A stretch of DNA of 59,636 nt, the filler included, from an uncultured bacterium (GTDB lineage: Bacteria > DAOPZR01), in assembly GCA_964637655.1 (NCBI GenBank). It is 5 parts of 5 records of this genome, joined end to end, with 100 filler letters (N's around TTAATTAATTAA, not from the genome) between each part and the next. Parts side by side here need not be neighbours in the genome. Positions count along the whole stretch, not along the records: positions 36,110 to 47,865 come from CAZWUZ010000104.1; positions 47,966 to 59,636 come from CAZWUZ010000105.1; 3 more parts are not named here. One strand, given 5' to 3'. The notes beneath the pieces are model-generated. The model saw only the letters and a program-made list of their open reading frames with translations, did not search any database and was not told the DNA's origin. A program made the translations under genes and the position numbers. Position 1 is the stretch's first letter. Each line of letters opens with the position of its first letter. Shown piece by piece: positions 45,012-54,870 of this stretch.

Positions 45012-46654
45012 TGCTGCGCGAACTCTGCATCCGCAACGTCGCCCTGCTGGAAAAACTCGATGCGGAATTTGCGTCCGGGCTGAATGTCGTCACCGGGCCT
45101 TCGGGGGCGGGCAAATCCATCGTTATCGGCGCCCTCGGGCTGGCGCTGGGCGCGCGGGCTGACGCGAAGGACATCGGGCCCTGGGGCGACCGCGCCGAGG
45201 TGACCGCGCGCTTTGTCGTGACGGATGCGGCGCGTGCCCTGCTGCGCGAGCTCGACATCACCGCGGCGGAGGAACTGACGGTGCGTCGCGTCGTGGCGAA
45301 AGGCGAGTCGCGCGCGTATCTTGACGGCACCCCGCTCGCCCTTGGCCTGCTCAAGCGGCTTGGCGAGGTGCTGGTCGACGTTCACGGACAGCATGAGCAT
45401 CAGTCGCTCCTCTATCCCGAGCGCTACGTCCATTTCGTCGACGCCTTCGGGCGCCATGCGCGCGTGCTGGCCGACTGGCAGGCCGCTTACGCTCTGTTCC
45501 GCACCGCGCAGGAGGCGCTCGCCGCCGCGCAGAAGGCGACGCAGGAAAGCGCGCAGGCGCTCGATTTCTACCGCTTCCAGCACCGCGAAATCACCGATGC
45601 CGACCCGCGCGAAGGAGAGGCAGAGGAACTGCAGGCCGAGCGCGCGCAGTTGCGTCACGCGGAGGATATCGCCGCGGCGCTGCGCGGCGGCGCGTTGGCG
45701 CTGGGTGATGACGGGGGCGTGCTCGAGCGGCTCGACAACATCGAGGCGGCGCTCGCGGCGGTGCAGGAGTGGTATCCCGACGCGGCAAAGCGCCTGCAGG
45801 AGATCCGCGAGGCGAAAGCCATCCTGCAGGAGACCCGCCACGACCTGCGCACGGCGGAAGAGACCATCACCGCCGATCCCGGGCGCCTCAACGAGGTCGA
45901 GGCGCGTCTCCACCTGCTGCAGCAACTGCTGAAAAAGTACGGCGGCAGCATGACAAACGTGCTGGCCTACGCGGCGGAACTCGGGCAGCGCCTCAAGCGC
46001 GTCGACAACCGCGACGAGGAACTGGCGAAACTGGCGAAGGAACTTGCGACAGCGGAACAGGCGGCGCGCAGTGCGGCCTCAGCGTTGAGCGCGGCGCGCG
46101 CAAAAGCGGCGAAGAAACTCGGGACGGGGATCAACAAGGAACTGCAGCTGCTCGGGCTGCCGAAAGCGGAATTCACCGTCGTCCTGCAGCCGCTGCCGCA
46201 GTGGGAGGCGCAGGGCGCCGAGAGTGTCGAGTTTTTCTTTACTGCCAACCCGGGGCATGCCGCGCAGCCGCTGGCCAAAGTCGCCTCGGGCGGCGAAATC
46301 TCGCGCGTCATGCTCGCCATCAAGACCGTGCTCGCCGGCGACAGCCCGGTGGCGACCATGGTCTTCGACGAGATCGACAGCGGGATTTCAGGGGAGACGG
46401 CGGGGCAGGTCGCGGACCGCCTGCGCGCCGCGGCGGACACCCAGCAGATCATCTGCATCACGCATCTCCCGGCCATTGCCGCGGCGGGGACGCGCCATTG
46501 TCGCGTCAGCAAGCAGACGGTGAAAGGCAAGGCGAGCGTGACACTGGCGGTGGTGGAAGGCGATGCACGGGTCGAGGAAATCGCCTCGCTCTTCGCCCCG
46601 CGGGTGACCGACGCCTCGCGTGCCGCCGCCCGCGAACTCCTCGCCCGCCGCTGA
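45011..46654 (+). CDS. recN: DNA repair protein RecN
   Basis: TGPSGAGKS, VHGQHEHQ, ASGGEISRVML, FDEIDSGISG, ITHLP. Confidence 0.96.
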   Translation: MLRELCIRNVALLEKLDAEFASGLNVVTGPSGAGKSIVIGALGLALGARADAKDIGPWGDRAEVTARFVVTDAARALLRELDITAAEELTVRRVVAKGESRAYLDGTPLALGLLKRLGEVLVDVHGQHEHQSLLYPERYVHFVDAFGRHARVLADWQAAYALFRTAQEALAAAQKATQESAQALDFYRFQHREITDADPREGEAEELQAERAQLRHAEDIAAALRGGALALGDDGGVLERLDNIEAALAAVQEWYPDAAKRLQEIREAKAILQETRHDLRTAEETITADPGRLNEVEARLHLLQQLLKKYGGSMTNVLAYAAELGQRLKRVDNRDEELAKLAKELATAEQAARSAASALSAARAKAAKKLGTGINKELQLLGLPKAEFTVVLQPLPQWEAQGAESVEFFFTANPGHAAQPLAKVASGGEISRVMLAIKTVLAGDSPVATMVFDEIDSGISGETAGQVADRLRAAADTQQIICITHLPAIAAAGTRHCRVSKQTVKGKASVTLAVVEGDARVEEIASLFAPRVTDASRAAARELLARR

Positions 46655-46661
46655 CCGGAAA

Positions 46662-46691
46662 ACAGAAAACCCGGCGGAACCTTCCGCCGGG
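46662..46691. terminator. Hairpin downstream of recN
   Basis: CCCGGCGGAA-CC-TTCCGCCGGG preceded by A-tracts. Confidence 0.55.
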
Positions 46692-46930
46692 CTGCGGGTT
46701 GCAACTGGTAGGCGTAACCGGAAACAGCAGCAAACGTTCGTCATGCTGCAATTCTCGCAACAGCAAAAGAATATAGCAGAACGCATTACGAACGAGTTCA
46801 ACAGAATATTGATCGAAAAACAGGTGTGATCTTGCCCCCGGCGGGGTGGATTATTTGTGTGCAAAGAGTTGCCAAAACATATAAATATGTGATACACTAT
46901 TTGCACGAACTGACCGATGAAGGAGTGATT

Positions 46931-47302
46931 ATGGATTTGACACGATGGGAATCGCAGATGCGCAAGGGCAATCTGGAACTGGCCCTGATGACCCTGCTGA
47001 TGAACGAGGGGGAAAAGTATGGTCTGGACATCATTGCCAGCCTGAAGGAAAAGTGCGGCATCGAGATTGTCGAAGGGACGCTCTACCCGATCATGAGCCG
47101 TTTGCAGGAGGATGGGCTGGTGGTGGCCCGGTGGTCGACAAATAACCCGGGCCATCCGCGCAAATTCTACAATGTGACGAAAAAGGGGCGTGAGGCAGTC
47201 GCGGTCATGGATGCGAAGCTGATGGAGTTTATCGGGCGCTATGAGGAACTGAAAGGGGCGCGCACCGTGGTGCGGGCTTCCCGTGGGCGGCAAAGCGCCT
47301 GA
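46931..47302 (+). CDS. PadR-family transcriptional regulator
   Basis: SQMRKGNLE..YGLDI..EGTLYPIMSRL..PRKFYNVTKKG; SD AAGGAG. Confidence 0.93.
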   Translation: MDLTRWESQMRKGNLELALMTLLMNEGEKYGLDIIASLKEKCGIEIVEGTLYPIMSRLQEDGLVVARWSTNNPGHPRKFYNVTKKGREAVAVMDAKLMEFIGRYEELKGARTVVRASRGRQSA

Positions 47303-47654
47303 GCGCGCGGCTGCAGGCATCCGCCCCCGCCCCGGCGTCCGTGACGATCTGCGCCGCATGCTGCTCCCCCTGTATGTGCTGGGGCAGCTTGCCGGGGATA
47401 AGGAAATGAGCACAGGTGAACTTGGGCAACAGGTAGAGCGTTTTGTGACCTTCCCGGGATTCATGGGGTATTTCCTGCCGATGCTGCACGACCTTGAAGC
47501 GCGGAGTATGCTGGCATCACGCTGGGTGCCGCTAACGTCGTGGGGCAAGCGTAAACTGTATCGGTTGGGACCGTCGGGGATGGCAGCATATCGCCATGGT
47601 GTTCAGGAAGCGAGTGAGGTGGTGGACGAGGTGCTGGCGGGTGGCAGACGCTGA
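47283..47654 (+). CDS. Divergent PadR-like winged-helix protein
   Basis: LPMLHDLEARSMLASRW..KRKLYRLGPSG. Confidence 0.65.
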   Translation: MGGKAPERAAAGIRPRPGVRDDLRRMLLPLYVLGQLAGDKEMSTGELGQQVERFVTFPGFMGYFLPMLHDLEARSMLASRWVPLTSWGKRKLYRLGPSGMAAYRHGVQEASEVVDEVLAGGRR

Positions 47655-47762
47655 GCATGGCGCTCTGCCGGCTATGGCGGAAAATTTATCGTATGGTGCA
47701 ACGCCGGCGTGCCGGCAGGTGTATATAATACTGTCGGCATTTCATGTAGTGCCTGATGTAAA

Positions 47763-47791
47763 TTGACGGCGACGGAGCAACCGGATATACT
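47763..47791 (+). promoter_or_regulatory. sigma70 promoter for a gene lost in the gap
   Basis: TTGACG-N17-TATACT; ATG at 47858 just before the contig end. Confidence 0.6.
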
Positions 47792-47865
47792 GTCGAGCAG
47801 TGCCGGATAATCAGAGTGAGACGCAAGCCGACGAATAAATATAAAAAGGCGGGCGAGATGGCACG

Positions 47866-47965
47866 NNNNNNNNNNNNNNNNNNNNNNNNNNNNNNNNNNN
47901 NNNNNNNNNTTAATTAATTAANNNNNNNNNNNNNNNNNNNNNNNNNNNNNNNNNNNNNNNNNNNN
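47866..47965. other. Artificial contig linker
   Basis: N44-TTAATTAATTAA-N44. Confidence 0.98.
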
Positions 47966-47967
47966 CG

Positions 47968-48513
47968 ACCTGGCTGCGCGACTACCTGTATATCCCGCTG
48001 GGTGGCAACCGCGGCGGCACCCTGAAGACGTACCGCAACCTGATGCTGACCATGCTGCTGGGCGGGTTGTGGCACGGGGCGGCCTGGAACTTCGTGTTGT
48101 GGGGCGGCTATCACGGACTGCTGCTCGCCGGCGAGCGACTGCTCGGCATCAAGCTGGAGATTGTCGACGGGGCATGGTGGCGGAAAGTGCTGCGGGCCGC
48201 GGTGACGTTTCACCTGGTCTGCGTCGGCTGGGTGTTTTTCCGGGTGCAGCAGTTCGGCGACATTGGCGTCGTGTTCACCCGGCTGCTGCGTGGCGACTGG
48301 CTGCACGTGAGCAGCGCTTCGTATGAGACGGCGGTGGTGGTGTTCATCGTGGCGCTGGCGATGCTGACGCACCATCTCGGGCGTCGCAGCGAGGTGCGTG
48401 ACTGGTTCCTGTCCCGCTCGCCGCACTGGCAGGGTCTGACGTACGCGCTGATCATCCTGGCGGTATTCATGCGGAGCGCCAAGGTGCACCGCTTTATCTA
48501 CTTCCAATTCTGA
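47968..48513 (+). CDS. MBOAT O-acyltransferase (AlgI/DltB/PatA-like), 5' truncated
   Basis: WLRDYLYIPLGGNR..GGLWHGAAWNFVLWG..FIYFQF. Confidence 0.93.
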   Translation, partial: TWLRDYLYIPLGGNRGGTLKTYRNLMLTMLLGGLWHGAAWNFVLWGGYHGLLLAGERLLGIKLEIVDGAWWRKVLRAAVTFHLVCVGWVFFRVQQFGDIGVVFTRLLRGDWLHVSSASYETAVVVFIVALAMLTHHLGRRSEVRDWFLSRSPHWQGLTYALIILAVFMRSAKVHRFIYFQF

Positions 48514-49640
48514 TGGGGGCCATGACGACGGAACGGACGACAATCAACTGGCACGTGATCGCGCGCCTGGCCGCGTGGACGCTACTGCCGCTGCTGCCGT
48601 TTGCGGTCGCGGTGGCCGCAGTGGTGTGGCAGTACGGGGTGCAGACCGTGGTCTTCAAGGGCATCGGCGGCGGTGAAGGATTGCAGCGGCCAGGGCCGGG
48701 CATGGTCTGGTACCTCGCCGGTTCGGATGTGTCCGGCCGGCCGCAGACCACGGTGCAGATGCTGCAGGAACTGTTCAACAGCAGCGCGGCCCGGCCGCAG
48801 ATCATGGAACTGTCCGGCGGCGGCTGGAGCGTACTCAACCATTACTGCGTCATGCATGAAATGGTCCGCGCCGGCGCGGTGCCGCGCCTGGTGCTGCTGA
48901 CGGTGAATCTCGAGAGCTTGAGCTGGAACCCGCAGCAGTATATGACCGGCTCAAACGCGATTACGCTCGTTGCTCCTGCCGAATACGGACGGCTGCAGGA
49001 ATACCAGCGCCTGATCAACAGCCGTGACAACTGGGAGACGAGCCGGATGCGCCGGTGGCAGACCAGGATGAACTATCTGACGGGCGGGTTGCGGGTGCTG
49101 GTGTACGATAATATGAACAGGTTCCTGCCGGAGCGCTGGAACCGCGACCGGATCACGCCGGACGCCACGCTTCCGATGCGCTTTTCAGCACCAGCCACGC
49201 CGGATAATCCGGCGGTAGCCGGGTTTGCCCTGACGCTGGAATACGCCCGCCGCCATGGCTTCCACGTGACCGGCTACGTGACACCGGTGAATCACGACCG
49301 CCCGGCGCTGGTGGCGCAGAATGTCAGCCACCTGCAGAACCTGTTCGCGGAGTATGGCTTCCGGCTCATTGATTGCAGCGGCCTGCTGCCGCCGACCGGG
49401 TTCCGTGAGCGCGCGATGCATTACACGGAAACAGGTCGCCGTCGCCTCGCCGGCGAACTGGCGCGGGAACTGCTAACGAATGAGCTGGCTGATGCGGGCG
49501 CACCGGCTGACAGCCGCACGCTGTCTGCCGCGCCAACTGGCGCGAGCGGGACACCATCGGCGCAGTTTGACGGACGGGATTGGCGGCAGGCAGACGGCCG
49601 ACCTTGTATGATGGCAGCGCGCAGATGGCCAGCCACCTGA
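48513..49640 (+). CDS. SGNH-like acyltransferase partner (DltD/AlgJ-like)
   Basis: N-terminal TM, LAGSD, YVTPVN, MHYTETG; coupled to the MBOAT gene. Confidence 0.55.
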   Translation: MGAMTTERTTINWHVIARLAAWTLLPLLPFAVAVAAVVWQYGVQTVVFKGIGGGEGLQRPGPGMVWYLAGSDVSGRPQTTVQMLQELFNSSAARPQIMELSGGGWSVLNHYCVMHEMVRAGAVPRLVLLTVNLESLSWNPQQYMTGSNAITLVAPAEYGRLQEYQRLINSRDNWETSRMRRWQTRMNYLTGGLRVLVYDNMNRFLPERWNRDRITPDATLPMRFSAPATPDNPAVAGFALTLEYARRHGFHVTGYVTPVNHDRPALVAQNVSHLQNLFAEYGFRLIDCSGLLPPTGFRERAMHYTETGRRRLAGELARELLTNELADAGAPADSRTLSAAPTGASGTPSAQFDGRDWRQADGRPCMMAARRWPAT

Positions 49641-50275
49641 TAGCCGGGCGCTACCCGCGCGCGTATTACGACATCTTCGACGGGATGGTGGCCGGGGCAC
49701 TGCGCAGCGGCGACGGCCTGCTGCTCGATGCCGGGTGCGGCAGCGGGCGGATCTGGCCGCGGCTGCAGCGGCCGCTCGTCGGTACAGAGTACAAGCGGAG
49801 CGTCATGCCGCTACGGCCAGCGCAGCCCTTTGCGGCGTCGGATATCCGCGCGCTGCCGTTCCGTGACGGCAGTTTCGGCACGGTGCTGTGTGCCGAGGTG
49901 ATTGAACACGTACGGGAGGACGGTCTGCTGCTGCGCGAACTGCATCGCGTGCTGCGCCCCGGCGGGCGATTGGTATTGACCACCTCGCCGCTGCTCGGGA
50001 CGCCGATGGCGCTGCTCATCCCGCTCAAGAACCGGCTGCACCCGAATCATGCACAGGAACATATCAACCTGCAGCATCCGGCCCGCCTGCTGGCGTCGGT
50101 CGCGGCAGCAGGTTTCACTGTGGCTGACGTGCGCTACTGGAACGCCCTGTCAATGACGCATTATCTCTCCCTTTTCGGGTGCGAACGCGCCGCCGCCTGG
50201 TGGAATGCGCGCACTTCCCGCCTGCAACATCCCTCCCTGAACAACAACATACTCATTACTGCCGTAGCTGGCTGA
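49625..50275 (+). CDS. Class I SAM-dependent methyltransferase
   Basis: LLDAGCGSG, LPFRDGSF, EVIEHV, RVLRPGG. Confidence 0.88.
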   Translation: MASHLIAGRYPRAYYDIFDGMVAGALRSGDGLLLDAGCGSGRIWPRLQRPLVGTEYKRSVMPLRPAQPFAASDIRALPFRDGSFGTVLCAEVIEHVREDGLLLRELHRVLRPGGRLVLTTSPLLGTPMALLIPLKNRLHPNHAQEHINLQHPARLLASVAAAGFTVADVRYWNALSMTHYLSLFGCERAAAWWNARTSRLQHPSLNNNILITAVAG

Positions 50276-50362
50276 CCACCGACGCATGCGCCGGCCGCAC
50301 GCATCAGTACCGGTGTGCCCGGCCATTTTGACGGGAGCGGTGACGGCAGATACAATACTGCC

Positions 50363-51109
50363 ATGGACGAACGGGAACTGGCGCGCATGGCGCGTTTCGA
50401 GGAGTTCTACTGGTGGTTCCGCGCGCGACGGCATCTCGCGCGCTGCTGGCTGCGGTGGTATGTCCCGGAGGTGCGGCAGGTGACGGATATCGGCTGCGGC
50501 ACGGGGGGGACGGCGCTCGCGCTGGCCGGGGAGTATGCCTATACCGGTATCGATGCTGCGGCCGCCGCGGTACGGTTCACGCGTGAGGCGGTGCGGCGTG
50601 CCGGGGCGACGGAAGCAGGACTGCTGCGGCAGGACGCGACGCGTCTCGGGCTGCGTACGGGGAGTCAGCCGCTGCTGGTTGCGCTCGCCGTGCTCGAACA
50701 TCTTGACGATGACGCCGCAGCGCTGCGCGAATGGCGGCGCGTGCTGGCGCCCGACGGTCACCTGCTGCTGACCGTGCCAGCCTATCCCTTCCTGTGGAGC
50801 GAGCACGACGAGGCGCTGCAACATAAGCGGCGCTACACGATGAGCGAACTGCGGCGCAAACTGGCGACCGCGGGATTTGCCATCGAGAAGAACAGTTATC
50901 TCATCACCGCGCTGCTCCCCGTCGTACTGGCATTCCGCTTCCTGCGGTCGCTCGGGCAGCGCCCGGGGCGGCAGCAGACCGACCTGGTGGAACTGCCGCG
51001 CCCGCTCAACGCGTTGCTGGAATGGCTCTGCCGTGTCGAGACGCTGCTGACGCGCTGGTGCAACCTCCCCTGCGGCGTGTCGCTGGTCGTGCTGGCGCGC
51101 GCCCGCTGA
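50363..51109 (+). CDS. Class I SAM-dependent methyltransferase (glycan-locus type)
   Basis: YWWFRARR, DIGCGTGG, VLEHLDDD, TVPAYPFLWSEHDE..HKRRY; upstream TTGACG-N17-TACAAT. Confidence 0.9.
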   Translation: MDERELARMARFEEFYWWFRARRHLARCWLRWYVPEVRQVTDIGCGTGGTALALAGEYAYTGIDAAAAAVRFTREAVRRAGATEAGLLRQDATRLGLRTGSQPLLVALAVLEHLDDDAAALREWRRVLAPDGHLLLTVPAYPFLWSEHDEALQHKRRYTMSELRRKLATAGFAIEKNSYLITALLPVVLAFRFLRSLGQRPGRQQTDLVELPRPLNALLEWLCRVETLLTRWCNLPCGVSLVVLARAR

Positions 51110-51117
51110 AACACACA

Positions 51118-51600
51118 ACGGCGTTCACCACGGAGCACACGGAGAACCGAGCAAGAATCAGAGAGAAAAACCCGGGGGAAGGTCTGCCTGCGGCAGACGG
51201 GAGTCAAAGCACAGGAATTACATCTTTCACCGCAGAGCACACAGAGCACGCAGAGAACTGCACACGGAGAACTGAGAAGAAATCAGAGACGAAGGCATCC
51301 TGAGAGAGGTCTGCCTGCGGCAGACGGGAGTCAAAGCACAGGAATTACATCTTTCACCGCAGAGCACACAGAGCACGCAGAGAATTGCACACGGAGAACT
51401 GAGAAAGAATCAGAGAGGAAGGCAACCAGAGGGAGAGGTCTGCCTGCGGCAGACGGTAAAAAAGGGTTGCGGTGTAAGCTACTTGTGCGGGTGTTAGGCC
51501 CCTCACCTGCCGCTGCGCGGCTTCCTCTCCCAAAGGGAGAGGGGAAACAATGGAACCGACAAAGGAAACATGAGGGAGAGGTCTGCCTGCGGCAGACGGG
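51118..51600. repeat. Composite REP-like cluster: four GTCTGCC-TGC-GGCAGAC hairpins, three TTCACC..GAGCACAC.GAG motifs, about 127-bp tandem duplication
   Basis: Hairpins at 51182, 51309, 51438, 51581. 51181-51307 is nearly identical to 51308-51436. CCTCTCCC-AAA-GGGAGAGG hairpin near 51523-51541. Confidence 0.9.
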
Positions 51601-51630
51601 AGACACGACAAAGGAAACCTGGGGGAGAGG

Positions 51631-53072
51631 TCAGAGCCAGTTGTCGTGCAGGGCGGTGGTGCGGTCGATGCGGCGCGGGCCGCGTTTGCCGATGTACCAG
51701 CCGGTGTGATGGGCGAGAAGGTCGCGCCAGAAGGCGAGGCGCAGGCGTCGTGCCCCGCGGGGGTCGCCCTGCAGTTCGCGCAGGGCGGCGATGATGCGCG
51801 TGGCCTGCCCGACCAGCCACGGGTAGGAATGCTCAACCGTGTAATATGGAGCACCGAGGTCTGAGCGCCAGTAGCTGTCGCCGACCATACCAGCGGCGAC
51901 GGCATCGGCATAGAGTTCCGTGCCGGGATAGACGGTGGTGATGCTGACCGCGGCTTCGTCGGGACGGGCGGCGCGCATGACGCGGATGGTGTCTGTGATG
52001 GTGGCATGCGTCTCGCCCGGATTGCCGACCATGAGGAGCATCTCGCGGAAAAGACCTGCGGCACCGGCATCAGCAAAGGCGCGGATGATGTCGTCAGGAG
52101 TATCTGCTTGTGCATGCGCTCGAGCACGGCGGGTGAACCGGACTCCACCCCGAAGGTGACGGCAAAACAGCCGGCAGCCCGCATGTCGGCATAGAGTTCG
52201 CGCGAGGAGCCGCTGACGCGTCCGATACAACTCCAGCGCACGGGGACGGCGCAACGGCGCAGCTCGTCACAGAAGGCTGCGACCCGTTGTGGGTCGAGGG
52301 TGAAGGCGTCGTCGGCGAACGATACGCACGTCACGCCATGGTCGCGGTGCAGGCGGGCGAGTTCCTCGACGATATTCTCCGCGCTGCGGAACCTGATGCG
52401 ATGCTGCCAGAAAAGGGCGGTGGCGCAGTAGCGGCACTTATAGACGCAGCCGCGCGATGCGGTGACTACCGCGCGTTTCTCGCCTGCCATGCCGCGCGCG
52501 TCGAGGTAGCGGTCGGCGTACGCGGATTGCGCGAAGAGGGCATAGTCGGGGAAGGGGAGCGTGTCAAGGTCGGTGATGAGCGGCCGGTCGGGCGTCTGCA
52601 CGAACGCTCCGTTGTGCAGGAAGGCGAGGCCGGGAATGCTGTCGTACGGGCGGCCGGCAGCGAGCGCAGCAGCAAGTTCAACGATGGTCGTTTCCGCTTC
52701 GCCGCGCACGACGATATCAACCGGGTACTGTCGCAGAACCTGTTCCGGGAGCAGGGTGGCATGGGCACCACCCATGATGATGACGGCCCCGGGGTGCAGG
52801 CTGCGCGCGAGCGCGGCGAGGTCGCGCGCGGCAGCGCGGCGTTCGGTAAAACAGGGGATGCCGATGACCTCCACGGGATGGGACACAAGATACTGTTCAA
52901 CAGCCGCCGGAACGGCAAAGGCGAAATCGACGGCGTTTGCCTCATGCCCCGCGCGGCGGAGCACCTGCACGAGGTAGTTGAGCCCGAGCGGCGGAGAACT
53001 GATCCAGGCCGGCAAAGAGCCGTGCGGGCGGCGTACCGGGGTGACGGGAGGAGAGCAGAAGAGAAACCGCAT
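51631..53072 (-). pseudogene. B12-binding (class B) radical SAM protein with a 1-nt frameshift near 52102
   Basis: PPLGLNYL, GGAHATL, RGEAE, SRGCVYKCRYC, FADDAF, GVESGS in one frame; MVGNPGET..VYPGTELY in another. Confidence 0.8.
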
Positions 53073-53074
53073 GG

Positions 53075-53854
53075 TCAGGGACTCTGCAACAATTCGCGGC
53101 AATTCCGGCAAATCGGCAGACGGAAGATGCCGTGCGCTGTCTCATGGCGCAGCCGTCGGTAGCCACGGCGCTCCCATACCGAGAGCACATTGCCTTCAAA
53201 CACATTTCCCATCACTGATGTAGCCAGATAATCGTCACAACAGAATACTGCATCGCCAGAGACCATGATGTACATGGTATGCGCAGGGACTGAACATGCC
53301 GCGGGTCGATGGCCCGCCCCTGCGAGCAGGCCGCCGCGGTTTCTTAGTGTGCCTAGTCTGGAGTAGACAAACTCGACTTCCTGCCTGCCTTGCCGTTGCC
53401 GGTCGTTGAGAATCGCGGCGACTTCCGCATGAGGAACCACCGAATGCTGGGTGATAACGAACCGGTTGATACCGCAATTCACAAGCTCACGATAGCGACC
53501 CATAGTCAGGTAATCGCCGTTAGAAAACAGCGAAATGGTCGAATGCACAAGATTGGCGCGAACGTAGCTGACCAATTCAGGTAATCTCGTGTCAAGCAGC
53601 GGCTCGCCATAAAGGTGGGGGACAATTTCACCCCGCCAGCCTGCCGAAGCCAGATCATCGATGATCTGGCGAAATAGGTTCACCGCCATTACCTGCTGGT
53701 TCTGCGGCAGACCGCGATCAAACAACGAGTTAGGGCAATAGGTGCATCGACGATTGCAGGTGGTAATCGTTTCAATACAAACCATAGCGGGAGGGGGACA
53801 CGTCAACCATTGGCCGATTCGGCGCCTGATGCGTGCAATGCTGCTTACCGGCAT
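53075..53854 (-). CDS. Radical SAM protein with SPASM/Twitch domain
   Basis: CNRRCTYC, YGEPLL, SNG, CSVP..GDAVFCCDD..GNV..ICRNC. Start uncertain. Confidence 0.88.
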   Translation of the reverse strand: MPVSSIARIRRRIGQWLTCPPPAMVCIETITTCNRRCTYCPNSLFDRGLPQNQQVMAVNLFRQIIDDLASAGWRGEIVPHLYGEPLLDTRLPELVSYVRANLVHSTISLFSNGDYLTMGRYRELVNCGINRFVITQHSVVPHAEVAAILNDRQRQGRQEVEFVYSRLGTLRNRGGLLAGAGHRPAACSVPAHTMYIMVSGDAVFCCDDYLATSVMGNVFEGNVLSVWERRGYRRLRHETAHGIFRLPICRNCRELLQSP

Positions 53855-54039
53855 CTTACTTGCATCAGTCACTCTACAAGCCGCTCCCGGGAAGGTTTGC
53901 AGGAAAACAGATGCTAACAATCCGTGCCATTTCCTGCATTGCAGTCATCGTAGCACCCTGCCATTCCGCCGTCAATGGAATCCCCGCCAGGTATTGACCC
54001 GGCAAGGTTATCAGGGTATACTAAACCAGGTGGTACAAT

Positions 54040-54870
54040 ATGCCAACTGCTGATACTAACATAGATTACGAACGCCGACTGACGGATGAAGTTTGGAACC
54101 GTTCGACGACCTACTACGAGGTCGCCCGTGACGGGACTCTGGCGACCTACCGCGACAATGAAGTGTACCGCATGGGGCTCGCAGCGCTGGCGGGCGGAGA
54201 GTCCGTTCTCGATGTCGGTTGCGGCGAGGGGACGACGCTGGACCTGGCCCGGCCGCGACTGGGAGTCGGCTGCGATCTGTCGCGCACCGCACTGGCAATG
54301 GCGCGTCGGGAATACCCGCGCCTGGTGCTGGTCAACTGCAGCGGCAACGCGTTGCCGTTTCGTACCGGCGCGTTTCCCGCGGTCAGTTCGTTTTTTGCCA
54401 TCGAGCACTTTGCTGCGCCCGAGCAGGTACTCGCGGAACTGGTCAGAGTCGTAGCCAGCAACGGGCTATTGGTCATCTGCGGGCCGAATTACGGCAGCCC
54501 GATCAATCGCAACCCGTACTGGCGCGAGCATCGCTACAAGTTCTTTCTGCGCCGGCTTCTACGCTGTGTGCAATTGCTCGGCCACGACGGGAGCACCTTG
54601 GCCTGGGAGGAGAACACGCCGGAATTTCTGAGCCGCGGAGAAGTGGTTCCGGAATGTGACATCCTTACCAACCCGTACCTCGGCACGCTGATCAGGTTTC
54701 TGGAAGTGCGCGGTATGCAGCGCGAACGCTACACCGCCGGCTGGTCCTGGGACCGTGGCCGCGAGCCGCTGCGGCAGAAACTGCTGCGCATGCTGGCTGC
54801 GTGCCGCGTGCCGCCGTTTGTCTATTGCGGTCCGGTGTTCTGCCTGGTCATGCGCAAGGGGCGCGCATGA
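54040..54870 (+). CDS. Class I SAM-dependent methyltransferase
   Basis: VLDVGCGEG, ALPF, AIEHF. Confidence 0.85.
   Translation: MPTADTNIDYERRLTDEVWNRSTTYYEVARDGTLATYRDNEVYRMGLAALAGGESVLDVGCGEGTTLDLARPRLGVGCDLSRTALAMARREYPRLVLVNCSGNALPFRTGAFPAVSSFFAIEHFAAPEQVLAELVRVVASNGLLVICGPNYGSPINRNPYWREHRYKFFLRRLLRCVQLLGHDGSTLAWEENTPEFLSRGEVVPECDILTNPYLGTLIRFLEVRGMQRERYTAGWSWDRGREPLRQKLLRMLAACRVPPFVYCGPVFCLVMRKGRA

Noticed and set aside
12056..47965. Four TTAATTAATTAA motifs in N-runs at about 12-kb spacing, and any cross-gap linkage such as phage next to R-M
   Set aside because: These are artificial linkers. Internal contig lengths decrease (11914, 11840, 11756), which indicates size sorting, not genomic order.
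51181..51600. CRISPR array
   Set aside because: The repeat is only about 20 bp, spacers exceed 100 bp, two spacers are near-identical, and no cas genes are present.
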